Shown here: positions 7,651 through 17,941 of the stretch, in pieces
Layout: the number at the start of each line of letters is the position of its first letter
How positions within the stretch are numbered: the stretch's first letter is position 1
Source: a virus
Length of the DNA stretch: 64,000 nt
Virus record (IMG/VR): IMGVR_UViG_3300044658_000058
Coordinates: 64,001-128,000 of that record
Strand: one strand, 5' to 3'
Notes under the pieces: generated by a model
Databases searched by the model: none
What the model was told of the DNA's origin: nothing
Seen by the model: the letters and a program-made list of their open reading frames with translations, nothing else
Made by a program: the position numbers and the translations under genes

Positions 7651-8508
7651 TTACCATTTAAAATCTTTATTTCTTTTCACGAACGGAGATATTTCAGAGA
7701 AGTCCACAACACCATCGGTTTCTCTCGTAATAAGAGAATTGTCTGCTTGTTTGTCTGTGTCCTCAATCTGTACATCTTCATCAATGAGTGTGGCTTCGTC
7801 TGTGTCATCCTCCAATTTGATCGATTCGTCGTCTTCCATCGCCATTGGTGAGCGCATAAGATCGCCAGAGAACAAATCTTCGATAATATCGATTTCATCG
7901 TCGCCGGTATCAATTTTCTCGCTACTGTATTCGAACAATTCACAGAACAATTCATAGGTCTGCAATGCACCACCCTGATAGAAAATGGCGTCGTGTTGAA
8001 CGAACTTGATTTCGAAAAGACGTTGGAACGTCGAAACCCAGATTAGATCGCCTTCACGTGGCCGATCATATGGGATATAGTAGCCTTCGATATTTCCTTC
8101 TTCCAAAAGAATACCGTTCAACTGTCCCGGCATATACCGATTGGTAATTTCTTGTTCCATCGTGTCGTCATTTTCTGACATGAGATGTTCCGCTCTCACT
8201 TCTTCGAAGCGCTTGCGAGAAATGGAAAGATGCAGTTCGTCTTTGATCTGCACATCGAATTTCGACATAAAACGAGCGCCGTCAAAACCTTCCGTGTTGT
8301 TGGGATAAGCTTCGATTAAAACGGCGTCATTGAATGAATTCACGGTCGATTCACCAAAAAGATCATCCATGTTCACGGCTGTACGAGGCAAATAATTTAC
8401 CCAGAAACCCATATTTTTGATCGCCCCAATGGTGAGGTCTTCAAACATCTTTTGGGTTGGACCATAGATGTAGTTGTTGATGTATCTATTAGGTGAACGT
8501 GATGCCAT
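7651..8508 (-). CDS. 14: Neck protein (gp14)
   Basis: YLPR..DDLFGE, RPREGDLI, LFEIKFV, YELFCELFEYSSE. Confidence 0.93.
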   Translation of the reverse strand: MASRSPNRYINNYIYGPTQKMFEDLTIGAIKNMGFWVNYLPRTAVNMDDLFGESTVNSFNDAVLIEAYPNNTEGFDGARFMSKFDVQIKDELHLSISRKRFEEVRAEHLMSENDDTMEQEITNRYMPGQLNGILLEEGNIEGYYIPYDRPREGDLIWVSTFQRLFEIKFVQHDAIFYQGGALQTYELFCELFEYSSEKIDTGDDEIDIIEDLFSGDLMRSPMAMEDDESIKLEDDTDEATLIDEDVQIEDTDKQADNSLITRETDGVVDFSEISPFVKRNKDFKW

Positions 8509-10542
8509 CTATCGTCTCTTTATAAAGTTATTCAAGTATTTATCATATGAAAAATTATTTGGTTCGTTATCTGTTGTTCCGACTGTGCCAATAACCGTGT
8601 TGGTATTCTTCGAATATCCTTTGGTCTGATTGGCACTGATGAATGCTTTCAAATAATTGTCGTAAGTGAACTTGGCTTTGAAAGTTATAGTTCCTGTAGA
8701 AACCACGGTATCATTTTGTTCACGTTCGTTAACATCAGCCCAACGGCTTGTTTTCTCGATAATACCACTTGCGGTATCGTTATGCTCTGCTATGTTCGCA
8801 TTGGCATGAGTTAGAACTTTACCGCTTGAAGTTACAAGGTCACTTTGCTCTGTGGCCACCACAACAGCATGTTTCGTCTGTTTTGAAGTGGAAACAATTG
8901 AGTCGTTAGCCTCTATGGTTGATAGAGCACCATGAATGATATTTCTTGTAACCGAGACAAGAGTATCATTATTTTCTGTTACGGTTACACTACCGAATAC
9001 AGGGAGTTTACCACCAAAGGAGTCGAGTGTGTCATTGGCTTCTGTAACAGAAATTGAACCTTCGACCGATGTTGTGGCGGTTGCCGACAACAAATCATTT
9101 TCTTCGGAACTTGTTTCTATGCCGGTAATATCGGTTGTGGCATTTGCTGTTAGTTGGTCATCACCTTCTGTGACATTGCCAATTGCCGCAATAGATAGAG
9201 ATGATGTGCCGGAAACAGTGTCGTTGGCTTCTGTAGCAGACAGAGATGCCTTTACAGAAGGGTTGGCTGTAGATGCCAACGTATCACTGGCTTCTGTGAT
9301 CGAGGCGCTGGCCTGAATCAGAACACCAGCGGTATCAGCGATGCTATCATTCGCTTCGATGATCGATGCAGTTGCTTTGATAGCGATTGTTGCTTGTGAC
9401 CCAACCGTGTCGGCGGCTTCCGTAACAGAAGTCGAACCATGTGTTGCCAAGGCCGAAACGGCAGAAACGGAATCGTTTGCTTCTGTAATAGAGGCCGCTG
9501 CACGATTTAGGGAGAAACCAGATGCCGAAAGGGTATCATCCCCTTCTGATATCGAAGTGCTGGCCTTAATGGCAATAGTGCCTGTCGAAGCGAGGGTATC
9601 GTTCGCTTCGGTAACGTTCACAAATCCTACCGGAGCATTACTTGCGAACAATATATCGTTCGCTTCTGTAATCGAAGCGGCGGCATGTGTAGAAAGTGTG
9701 GAGGTAGACAACACAGAATCATCAGATTCTGTGTTTGCTACTGTCGCATGAACCGGAACCAAACCTGTGGCCGAAACAGAATCGTTTGTTTCTGTAACAG
9801 ACAAGATCGCCTTAACAAGTACTTGTGCGGTTCCTGATAGGGTATCGTTACCTTCTGTAATGGAAGCCGATGCCTTGATCAAAAGCCCGGCAACATCAGA
9901 CGCCGTATCATTGGCTTCTGTGATTGAAGCGCTAGCATGAGTCGCCAGAGTGGATGCCGAAGAAACTGAATCATCCGCTTCCACCATTGGAGCGTTCATT
10001 TCATAGGCATAAAATTCCCATGTATCCTTATTCAGGAATATCGCAAATCGACCATCGGCAGAAACGGAAATGGTATTGACCGTGAGATTCGACGTATCGC
10101 CAAGCCAATGCCATGTGCTACCATAATCCAACGACTGATATAGGCCGGTTGTTCCACCAACATTTGTTACAGAATATTGAATGGAACCGTCTGCCGAACT
10201 GGCTTGAACAACACCTATAGTGAAGGGTGTTGACGATGACCATGTTGTGCCGCCATCAAATGATCGATATAGAGTAGAGGTAGGCCATGAGACAACATCA
10301 ATGATGCTGACAAACAACCCATCGGAAGAACATATGATGGATTTGGCATCTGTTAGCGTAACAGAGGTTATCTGATTCCAAGTAGCACCAGAATCAGTTG
10401 TCTTGAACAATTTCTGCGAAGATAGCAGATAAGCGATTTGGCCGTCGCTGGACGTAGCAACTTGACGGGCAACCCCGGCTGGTGCACTCGTAACAAGAGT
10501 TTCACCTAATGTTACTTCGCCAAGTGTCCAAGAACCTAACAT
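8509..10542 (-). CDS. Repeat-rich virion fibre protein: N-terminal Asp-box blades followed by many ASITEANDT-type repeats
   Basis: TTDSGATW, SFDGGTTW, SLDYGSTW Asp-boxes; ~22-aa TE(A/G)(N/D)D repeats. Confidence 0.7.
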   Translation of the reverse strand: MLGSWTLGEVTLGETLVTSAPAGVARQVATSSDGQIAYLLSSQKLFKTTDSGATWNQITSVTLTDAKSIICSSDGLFVSIIDVVSWPTSTLYRSFDGGTTWSSSTPFTIGVVQASSADGSIQYSVTNVGGTTGLYQSLDYGSTWHWLGDTSNLTVNTISVSADGRFAIFLNKDTWEFYAYEMNAPMVEADDSVSSASTLATHASASITEANDTASDVAGLLIKASASITEGNDTLSGTAQVLVKAILSVTETNDSVSATGLVPVHATVANTESDDSVLSTSTLSTHAAASITEANDILFASNAPVGFVNVTEANDTLASTGTIAIKASTSISEGDDTLSASGFSLNRAAASITEANDSVSAVSALATHGSTSVTEAADTVGSQATIAIKATASIIEANDSIADTAGVLIQASASITEASDTLASTANPSVKASLSATEANDTVSGTSSLSIAAIGNVTEGDDQLTANATTDITGIETSSEENDLLSATATTSVEGSISVTEANDTLDSFGGKLPVFGSVTVTENNDTLVSVTRNIIHGALSTIEANDSIVSTSKQTKHAVVVATEQSDLVTSSGKVLTHANANIAEHNDTASGIIEKTSRWADVNEREQNDTVVSTGTITFKAKFTYDNYLKAFISANQTKGYSKNTNTVIGTVGTTDNEPNNFSYDKYLNNFIKRR

Positions 10543-10551
10543 TTATTTTCC

Positions 10552-11676
10552 TTATGTTACAGTGCCAGCGGACCAAGTAATCAAAGTCCAACCTTGTGCC
10601 TGCCACTCGACTAAAATCATATCCCCTTGATTGTTCAATTTAACTGTAGTAGGGCTACTCCCATCCAATTTCTTAAAAGCATTGGTGAAATTTATTCTAT
10701 CCGATGCATTCGTTCTGGTCTGAAACTTCAATATAAATCTCGCTCCAAACACCAAGCCAGAAGGGGTATTCAAAGAAACGTTTTCATTTCCAGCACTACC
10801 GCTGGAAGTAAACCTTTGCTGATGGAAACTTGGCGTCACATTCAGTGTGGTTGCACCATTCGTAGTTTGGCTTTCATAAGCAAATTGAAAATTTGGATCA
10901 AGATTTTGAAAGAATACTTGTCCAGTGTCAGAAGTTGACATGATAAATTGGTTAGGGGTTGTAGTCACGTTGTTATAAATGAACAATGGAGTGACCCATG
11001 AGGCATCACCACCGGGACCACGAAACCAAATGCCATTAGTGGTGGCATTAGTGTTAACACCAGAACTTCCCATTACTACCCATTGATAATAATACGGATT
11101 CCATTCTAATTCGACAAACGCTCCTGTATAACCAAGAGAAAATGAAATATCAGCATCAGAACAAGTCACCGTATCACCGGGTGCAGATATAGTGTTCAAA
11201 ATGATAATTAGTTTGCGATTAAAACTCGTACTATCAAGATTTGCAGACGCCAATTTGATTACATTAGCTGTGCCTGAACCATTTGTTGTCAAACGGACGT
11301 AAGAAACATCAGGAAGAAAATATGGAGAGCCAACAAGAGTAATATCAAGTGGTTTATCAAAGTCTTCTGCTAAGATTACCCCCAAACGAACTTTAGGGGC
11401 GGAAGAAAAGTTTACGTTAGAATTACTGTTTGAAGAATTGTACACAAACATTCTACTAAGGTAAGAGCCTCCTACGTTCCATTCACCATAGCCGACTTCC
11501 CATTCAGAAGTTCCATTTTCTGCAATATAGTGGTAACCTTTACCAGAAACAATGTCCGGATCGGCTTCACTTGGAGAAAGGAAACCAGAGATCGTGCTGG
11601 CATAAACAAAGTTTCCAGTACCGCCACCACTGGCATTCCAATAGCAACGATTTATTTTTTGAGTAGAAAGTGGCAT
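10552..11676 (-). CDS. Virion structural/fibre protein
   Basis: N-terminal NRC..SGGGTG..YHYIAENGTSEWEVGYG module; beta-rich; late operon. Confidence 0.65.
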   Translation of the reverse strand: MPLSTQKINRCYWNASGGGTGNFVYASTISGFLSPSEADPDIVSGKGYHYIAENGTSEWEVGYGEWNVGGSYLSRMFVYNSSNSNSNVNFSSAPKVRLGVILAEDFDKPLDITLVGSPYFLPDVSYVRLTTNGSGTANVIKLASANLDSTSFNRKLIIILNTISAPGDTVTCSDADISFSLGYTGAFVELEWNPYYYQWVVMGSSGVNTNATTNGIWFRGPGGDASWVTPLFIYNNVTTTPNQFIMSTSDTGQVFFQNLDPNFQFAYESQTTNGATTLNVTPSFHQQRFTSSGSAGNENVSLNTPSGLVFGARFILKFQTRTNASDRINFTNAFKKLDGSSPTTVKLNNQGDMILVEWQAQGWTLITWSAGTVT

Positions 11677-11702
11677 TGTAATTTTCCTTTAAATAGAAAT
11701 AT

Positions 11703-14700
11703 TTATGATATAGCGGTAAAGTTCCATGTAGCGCCAACGTCGGTTGACACATACACTCCACCCGATTGAACAGCATAAATTACACCACCATTTGGTGATA
11801 CTGTTACACTTGTCCAAGCACCAGTTGTAGAAGGTGATGGTTGAGTCCATGTCACACCACGATTAGTCGAGACATATGGTGTTCCACTATCCGGCAGTGC
11901 TACAAGCAAATTACCATCATTTGACGAAGCGACGGCATTCCAGTTCGCAGATGGCAATCCATTGCTATTAAGTTCTGTCCATGTGTCGCCTTCGTTTGTA
12001 GAAATCCATGGATAACCAACTGTATCCACCCATGCACCAGCAAGGATGATCGATTTATCTCCGGATACGGCTACCGCACCAGACCAATTGAAGTTCAAAT
12101 CACCAGAATTGGTTCTGTAATATCCCTTACCGTTTGCTTTGATCGGAGCAATGGACGTGGCTGAAACAGAATCACCACTTTCCGTAATTGCCAGCGAAGC
12201 TTTTGCCGCAAGTCCCGCTGTTGATGATATTGAATCGTTGGCTTCCGTGTTTGATGCAGAAGCCTTGATTGCGATGGCCGATGTTGCCGAAATCGTATCG
12301 GGGGCTTCGGTAATCGAGGCAGTTGCATGAGTTGCCAGAGTAGAAGCGGCAGAAACAGTGTCATCGGCTTCTGTAATGGATGCCGAAGCGACAGGGCCAG
12401 ATACAGCCGTACCAGCCGCCGAAATCGTGTCGTCCGCTTCTGTGTTAGAAAGAGAAGCCTTGATCGCAACGGCAGATGTCGAAGAAACAGAATCGCTTGC
12501 TTCTGTAATGGATGCAGAGGCTTTTAGGGCAACTGTCGCTGGTGCCACAATCGTATCATCGGCTTCTGTTACAGAAGTCGTAGCCTTCAATGCTATCGTA
12601 GCTGGTGCGGCGATGGTATCACCGGCTTCCGTGATCGATGCAGCGGCCTTCAACGCAATTGTTGAAGTCGATGCAACAGTATCACCGGCTTCCGTAACAG
12701 AAGCCGTGCCTTTAATTTGCATTGCCGAAGTGGCGGAAACCGTGTCACCGGCTTCTGTGATCGAAGCCGTGGCGGTTGCAAGGTCTTGACCTACCCAATT
12801 ATCAGTATCATAGGCGAGGTTATCATAGTAAACATTGTAGCCAGAAGTATTAGGACCAACGGAGCCGCCATATTGATACCCAATATTGTCAGAAACATAG
12901 TTTGGTGTAGCAGTATAGATGACTGTGCCATTCAATCTAATAGTTACGACACCGGGGCTGCCTGTTTGAACAAAATATTCAAAGCAAGCCCATTGATTAT
13001 ATCCCCATCCTGTGATTTGCGTTTGGGTACTATTTGTATCCAGCCATATTGTTCCATCAGCTTTCAAAAGAATGTAAGCCGACATAATTGCATTACTTGC
13101 GCTTTCCATAGACACCAATTTGAAATCTTGATCTACAGTAAGTGCGGGCGATGGCTGATCAACATAGACCGCCATTCTACCATAAGAGGTTTTGGAACCG
13201 AATGAAGACGGATTCGACCAACTAAAGGTAGAACCGTGGTTATCCGTTGGAAGTCTTAGACAATATGTTCCTGTGCGAGGATGTGTTGTGACAACAGTAG
13301 TCGAACCGGGAGCCACAAGATCGGCGGTTGTACCCGTTTCAAATCCGGTCGAGAACGTTTGACGGATATGCGCCGCTCCGGAAGACGTATCATTGGCTTC
13401 CGTGATCGATGCTGTTCCTGCAATCGGCGTAAGTTGAATTACAGAACTTACAGTATCATTCGCTTCTGTTATCGATGCATTTGCAGTATTTGGCGTACTG
13501 TTATGGCTTGCTGATGATAGTGTATCATCGGATTCGACAATATTTGTTTGGTACAGAACAAAATAAATATCCTGAAAAGCAGAACCACTATCCCAACTGC
13601 TTGTTCCAGAATTATATGTGAACAACATACCATTAGCATATGTGTCTGATATGCTGTACCCAACCCAATAATAGTTGGATGCATCAAGTGCGCCTGTTCG
13701 TCTAATTACAAACATGTAGGTTGTGCCGCCTGTTAGCGCAACGCCACCTGAAAATGTAAAGCTGGCATCAGCACGGGATGTCGTTAATGAACTTCCCGCC
13801 ACTGTGGTTGACGTTCCGAGCACAGTCGTTCCGGTTGAGTCTCGTATCTCCATCACAACGCTATCAGATGGAGAACCGGTCTTCATCATTTTCAGACCGA
13901 TTTTGGTCAATAAAACATTTGAAGTTGGGATAAATGTTTCGCCATAATATGCCGCACTACTACCGAAACCAAATTGAGTATCGCTACCAACATTTGTCTG
14001 GCTTAGGAACGCTATATCCGTTCCGCCATTGACGGCAGTGATCTTTACCGTACTTGCGGATGCAACTGTATCATCAGCTTCTGTGATAGAAGTGGTGCCA
14101 GTAATACCAAATGTTCTTACTGTGTATTCATTATATTTTAGTGTGCCGTTATCATTGACAATATATGGCAGGACCATGGAACTGCCACGTTGATAGATTG
14201 TCGCATCTTGGTTAAGACCACCACCCATTGATGTTGCGCCAGTGAATGCGGCGACGCCTGTCGTCTGTGTCGAGCCGTTATTAGATGAACTTGACACATA
14301 GACAATTTTATTGTTCGTGCTGACCCATAGAATCCAGAGAGTGCCATTATCCCATGCGGTTATACCAACGCCACTGGTGCCAGCATCAACGCCACTGGTG
14401 CCGCCAGTGTTAATCGTTGGCGTGTTTCCACTATCGAAATAGAGATTTCGAACACCGTTGCCTGACGATGCACTATCAACACCAGTGAACGCAACCTTTT
14501 GCACTGACGAAATATTTGCACTTGAACCAACAACATTACCGGCAGTGTTTGTTGCTACACCAGTGCTGACCGTTTGCAGCACGTTGCTACTATTCAGTGT
14601 TCTTTGAACAAATGTTGATGCTGGATATTTGTAGCCGAAGTGGATAGAGTTCGATGCGCCCATAACGCAATCGCTGACATAACCATCGAGTGCACCACCA

Positions 14701-15686
14701 GCGTCAACAGCAACGTTAGTTGTCCATGTGTTTGTTGCAGTTCTTCTCGCATAAACAACACGTGCATATGAGGTAGCCATCGATGCAACACGTGCACCGT
14801 TATACAAAATGATTGGCTGATTATCAGATGTTCTGAAAATAATGTCGCAATTGAATACGGTGGCGGCTGCACTATCCGTTGGGTTGAATGATGCCTGAAC
14901 GACTTCCTTGATAGGGAAAGTATCGCTCGTCATATCAAATGTTTGATAGTGAATATTTGTGGACGTGCTGGAACCACTCATCACTGCCAGATGAATAGTG
15001 CTGCCATTTTGATAGCCTGAAATAGCTTGTACGGCTGTTGCATAACCAGTGCTTGTAGCAATACTTGACCAAGATGTATCCGGTGAAGTAGATTTATACG
15101 CCTGTAGTGTAGTGGAAGTGGTAGAATCACGACCGAAGAAGTAATATGCTTCCTGATACAGCTTGTAAGCCATATCAATGCTGCGAGCAGTGTATGTAGA
15201 ACCATCATACCAATAACTATCTCCACCAGCGTTTGATGAAGAAGTAGATGTCCAGAAATAGAAATTAGTTGCAGCAGGAGCACCACTTCTTTTCATAACC
15301 AACATATACTGAGTTGATGCAGACAAAGAAACGACGTTGCTGAATGCAAAATCTACAAAAGTTCCGCTTGAAGTGCCTAATGTGCTACCATCAACTAGTG
15401 ATGATGTTGCTATTACAGTAGAACCGGTAGAATCTCTTATTTCAACGTATACGTTGTCCGTAACAGTGCCAGACCTATAGATAGGTAATGACACACCTGA
15501 TATAGAATAATTTGCGCTTGGGGTAAAGGTCTGTCCAATAGCCTGATGACTAGTATCGTTACCTATTGCATAGCTAGAGCTAAGAGTTGTGAAAGACTCT
15601 GATGTTATAGGCGTCAACGAATTTTTGAACGGTCCAACAGTCGCTATTGCCGTCGAAATACCAGTAATTGTTACAGGCAGTGCCAT
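11703..15686 (-). CDS. Large modular fibre/adhesin: ITEADDT repeat scaffold with inserted lectin-like domains and C-terminal Asp-box blades
   Basis: Two copies of a G(Q/E)TF.P..EIRDSTG domain, a TGFETG..HPRTGTY domain, ~22-aa repeats, STNEGDTW/STNRGVTW/STDVGATW. Confidence 0.75.
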   Translation of the reverse strand: MALPVTITGISTAIATVGPFKNSLTPITSESFTTLSSSYAIGNDTSHQAIGQTFTPSANYSISGVSLPIYRSGTVTDNVYVEIRDSTGSTVIATSSLVDGSTLGTSSGTFVDFAFSNVVSLSASTQYMLVMKRSGAPAATNFYFWTSTSSSNAGGDSYWYDGSTYTARSIDMAYKLYQEAYYFFGRDSTTSTTLQAYKSTSPDTSWSSIATSTGYATAVQAISGYQNGSTIHLAVMSGSSTSTNIHYQTFDMTSDTFPIKEVVQASFNPTDSAAATVFNCDIIFRTSDNQPIILYNGARVASMATSYARVVYARRTATNTWTTNVAVDAGGALDGYVSDCVMGASNSIHFGYKYPASTFVQRTLNSSNVLQTVSTGVATNTAGNVVGSSANISSVQKVAFTGVDSASSGNGVRNLYFDSGNTPTINTGGTSGVDAGTSGVGITAWDNGTLWILWVSTNNKIVYVSSSSNNGSTQTTGVAAFTGATSMGGGLNQDATIYQRGSSMVLPYIVNDNGTLKYNEYTVRTFGITGTTSITEADDTVASASTVKITAVNGGTDIAFLSQTNVGSDTQFGFGSSAAYYGETFIPTSNVLLTKIGLKMMKTGSPSDSVVMEIRDSTGTTVLGTSTTVAGSSLTTSRADASFTFSGGVALTGGTTYMFVIRRTGALDASNYYWVGYSISDTYANGMLFTYNSGTSSWDSGSAFQDIYFVLYQTNIVESDDTLSSASHNSTPNTANASITEANDTVSSVIQLTPIAGTASITEANDTSSGAAHIRQTFSTGFETGTTADLVAPGSTTVVTTHPRTGTYCLRLPTDNHGSTFSWSNPSSFGSKTSYGRMAVYVDQPSPALTVDQDFKLVSMESASNAIMSAYILLKADGTIWLDTNSTQTQITGWGYNQWACFEYFVQTGSPGVVTIRLNGTVIYTATPNYVSDNIGYQYGGSVGPNTSGYNVYYDNLAYDTDNWVGQDLATATASITEAGDTVSATSAMQIKGTASVTEAGDTVASTSTIALKAAASITEAGDTIAAPATIALKATTSVTEADDTIVAPATVALKASASITEASDSVSSTSAVAIKASLSNTEADDTISAAGTAVSGPVASASITEADDTVSAASTLATHATASITEAPDTISATSAIAIKASASNTEANDSISSTAGLAAKASLAITESGDSVSATSIAPIKANGKGYYRTNSGDLNFNWSGAVAVSGDKSIILAGAWVDTVGYPWISTNEGDTWTELNSNGLPSANWNAVASSNDGNLLVALPDSGTPYVSTNRGVTWTQPSPSTTGAWTSVTVSPNGGVIYAVQSGGVYVSTDVGATWNFTAIS

Positions 15687-16261
15687 TAGATAACCTCACC
15701 ACGACCACGCTGGACAACGAAGTCCGGGGAAACTAATTCTTTCCATTGTTCCTTGGTTTTCCAATTCAACCCACCGCCAGAACTTGGAGTCGAACATGTA
15801 ACCCAATGCACAACTTTTGGAGCCAGCAAACGCAAGGCAGAAGAAAGTTCTACACATTCTTCGTCATATAGATTTGGAAGAACATCTTCCGTTATAGCTA
15901 TTGTGATCGGTTTCCCTATTGCATTTCTGATATTGTTTCTCGATTCCTCGGTCAAAGAAGATTCGTTCAAAATAGGAACTGTAGCTTGTTTTGCTTTGTG
16001 TTCGTGAACCCATGTAGAAATGTCGGTAACGATCACCGATAGTCCGGCTTCAATCCAATCCTCTGCTACCCATCCGAACGCTCCACCAATCAAAACAATG
16101 CCGTCTTCCGGAGTCAGACTAAGAGCATCCTTAAGAATCATGTGATCGTTGCCAAAATATTGTTGTTTAGCAATGCGGTCGAAACCGACGATTTGGCCAT
16201 CAATTTCACAACTATAAAGTTGGGACCAAGTAGATTCGAGATTGCTATCGACCAATGGCAT
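15686..16261 (-). CDS. Class I SAM-methyltransferase-like protein
   Basis: IVLIGGAFGW..VIVTDIS..ITEDVLPNL. Confidence 0.55.
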   Translation of the reverse strand: MPLVDSNLESTWSQLYSCEIDGQIVGFDRIAKQQYFGNDHMILKDALSLTPEDGIVLIGGAFGWVAEDWIEAGLSVIVTDISTWVHEHKAKQATVPILNESSLTEESRNNIRNAIGKPITIAITEDVLPNLYDEECVELSSALRLLAPKVVHWVTCSTPSSGGGLNWKTKEQWKELVSPDFVVQRGRGEVI

Positions 16262-16303
16262 TATGGATTTCCGGGATTATTGTATATTCCTATTTAGTTA
16301 AAC

Positions 16304-16331
16304 AAAAAAAGGCGGCTGTTACGCCGCCTTT
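16304..16331 (-). terminator. Rho-independent terminator
   Basis: AAAGGCGGC-GTAACA-GCCGCCTTTTTTT on the minus strand. Confidence 0.85.
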
Positions 16332-16355
16332 CGATATTCAAAAGTGAATTTACTA

Positions 16356-16760
16356 TTAAGCGTTGCCCGCAGTAAGCGTAAAGCTTGTAACAGAGAATGA
16401 CTGACCAGTTGCGAACGATGTGTTGTCAACGGTCATGTCGCCACCACCACCAGTAGCAGTTACAGTGCCTTGCATGTGGCATGTACCGGTCGATGAAAAG
16501 ATACGGAAGTGACCGGCAGTACCGGTAGCGTCCGCAGAAGTATCCTGCCAAGTACCTGTCATAGACTTTGTACCACCAGATGCAGCGGCCATCCAATCGG
16601 ATGGAAGCGTACATGTTGCGAGAACAGTACCGGAGTTAGCGGCTGCGCAAGATGCAGGAGGGGCACCAGATTTGATCAAAAGAACAGCCGATGTTCCGGT
16701 TGTCGATTCAACAACATCAAGACGTGCGTTACGAACGGCAACAGAATATTGTAGTGTCAT
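16356..16760 (-). CDS. Small virion structural protein, probably abundant
   Basis: AVRNARLD..GTAGHFRI..GTVTATGGGGDM; own TATAAATA promoter and terminator. Confidence 0.75.
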   Translation of the reverse strand: MTLQYSVAVRNARLDVVESTTGTSAVLLIKSGAPPASCAAANSGTVLATCTLPSDWMAAASGGTKSMTGTWQDTSADATGTAGHFRIFSSTGTCHMQGTVTATGGGGDMTVDNTSFATGQSFSVTSFTLTAGNA

Positions 16761-16791
16761 AAAAATTCCTCTAAAAAGTTTAATTTCAAGT

Positions 16792-16799
16792 TATTTATA
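16792..16799 (-). promoter_or_regulatory. T4-type late promoter
   Basis: TATAAATA about 30 nt upstream of the ATG. Confidence 0.75.
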
Positions 16800-16803
16800 A
16801 AAG

Positions 16804-17556
16804 TTAGAGTCCCGGCCCGAACATATCCGTCAAAGGAATCGAGAATGAACGAATCATTTCTTCTTCAAGTTCCTGAATTTCTTTTTCGGCTTCGTCATAA
16901 ATTTCTTGGCCGGACAATTCCGCACCCGAAAGAATTTTCACAGATTTATAGAGCTTAAGGTTCGTTCCCCATTGTCTTTTCACCAAAGCTGTGGCATAGC
17001 GAAGAAGCCATTTATCTGACCATACTTCTGGATATTCGTCCGGATTCAAGACCTGATATCCGTCAAAAATGATGTATGTGCCGACTGCATATTTTGTCCA
17101 ATCGGTATCGACAAATATTCTGTTCATTTTACGATTAAAACGAATGCCGGGAGTGGCATTGAAGAAATCGTTGAACATGTTGATATGACGAATTGCCAAA
17201 TAGTATGGGACAATAGATGTGTTTGTCAGATTATAGAAATCATTCAGCATCACTTGATATGTGGTGGAGAAGAGAGCAGATGCGCTTCCGATCAAACCAG
17301 AGCCATCGACAACCTTAGTGATGCCTGTGATAGAACTATCGACTTCGATGTATTGATTTGCGATGTCGTCAGCGGTAATCTGATGTTTGTAGAAAATCTG
17401 GGTCATACCATCGAAGTGATATTCCTGATAATAAGAAAGGGCATCATCGATACGATCTTCGACTTGTTCGGCATCCACGGCAATTTCAATGACAGGAAAG
17501 CCGAGACGACGCATAATGTATTCTTTAAACGCCTTTCTTGTAGTTGGTAATGCCAT
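16804..17556 (-). CDS. 13: Neck protein (gp13)
   Basis: RRLGFPVIEI..QVEDRIDDAL..YHFDG; WLLRYATALVKRQWGTNL; start set at MALPTT. Confidence 0.93.
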   Translation of the reverse strand: MALPTTRKAFKEYIMRRLGFPVIEIAVDAEQVEDRIDDALSYYQEYHFDGMTQIFYKHQITADDIANQYIEVDSSITGITKVVDGSGLIGSASALFSTTYQVMLNDFYNLTNTSIVPYYLAIRHINMFNDFFNATPGIRFNRKMNRIFVDTDWTKYAVGTYIIFDGYQVLNPDEYPEVWSDKWLLRYATALVKRQWGTNLKLYKSVKILSGAELSGQEIYDEAEKEIQELEEEMIRSFSIPLTDMFGPGL

Positions 17557-17941
17557 AGATTTTCTTTTCCTTAAAAGCTCTTCCACCGTTTAGGCGCACG
17601 ACAATCCAGACGGCCCAAGCAAGATATCTTGGCGAACCCAGAGCGATCATTGCATCAAACAACTGATTGTCAGCAAACAATCTATTGTTATCCAGAACGC
17701 TATAGAGCTTGTCGTGTAGTGCGCCAGCGGCAGCATATTTCCCTGATGTATTTATAAACCCCTCAAAAATACGAGGGATAGACATAAGATCGGTGAGATA
17801 TCCTTTTTGAACATAGATATAATTACCAGAGCCCTTTTCACCGACTTCCCAAACAAGATCACGGGTTAGGCGAAAAACTCGCCTGTCCCCGTTGAAATAT
17901 TCTGTGGATGCAAATTGAATTGGGTCTGTAAAATTGGACAT
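17525..17941 (-). CDS. DUF1353-family protein
   Basis: VQKGYLTDLMSIPR..AAGALHDKLY..AD..FDAM..VRLNG. Confidence 0.8.
   Translation of the reverse strand: MSNFTDPIQFASTEYFNGDRRVFRLTRDLVWEVGEKGSGNYIYVQKGYLTDLMSIPRIFEGFINTSGKYAAAGALHDKLYSVLDNNRLFADNQLFDAMIALGSPRYLAWAVWIVVRLNGGRAFKEKKIYGITNYKKGV

Noticed and set aside
9000-13500. Regularly spaced GCTTCTGTAA-like DNA repeats resembling a CRISPR array
   Set aside because: Degenerate at third codon positions and in frame with protein repeats; no cas genes
8936-13947. Plus-strand ORFs with SLASVTE-type repeats
   Set aside because: Reverse-frame echoes of the fibre repeats; no RBS or independent motifs
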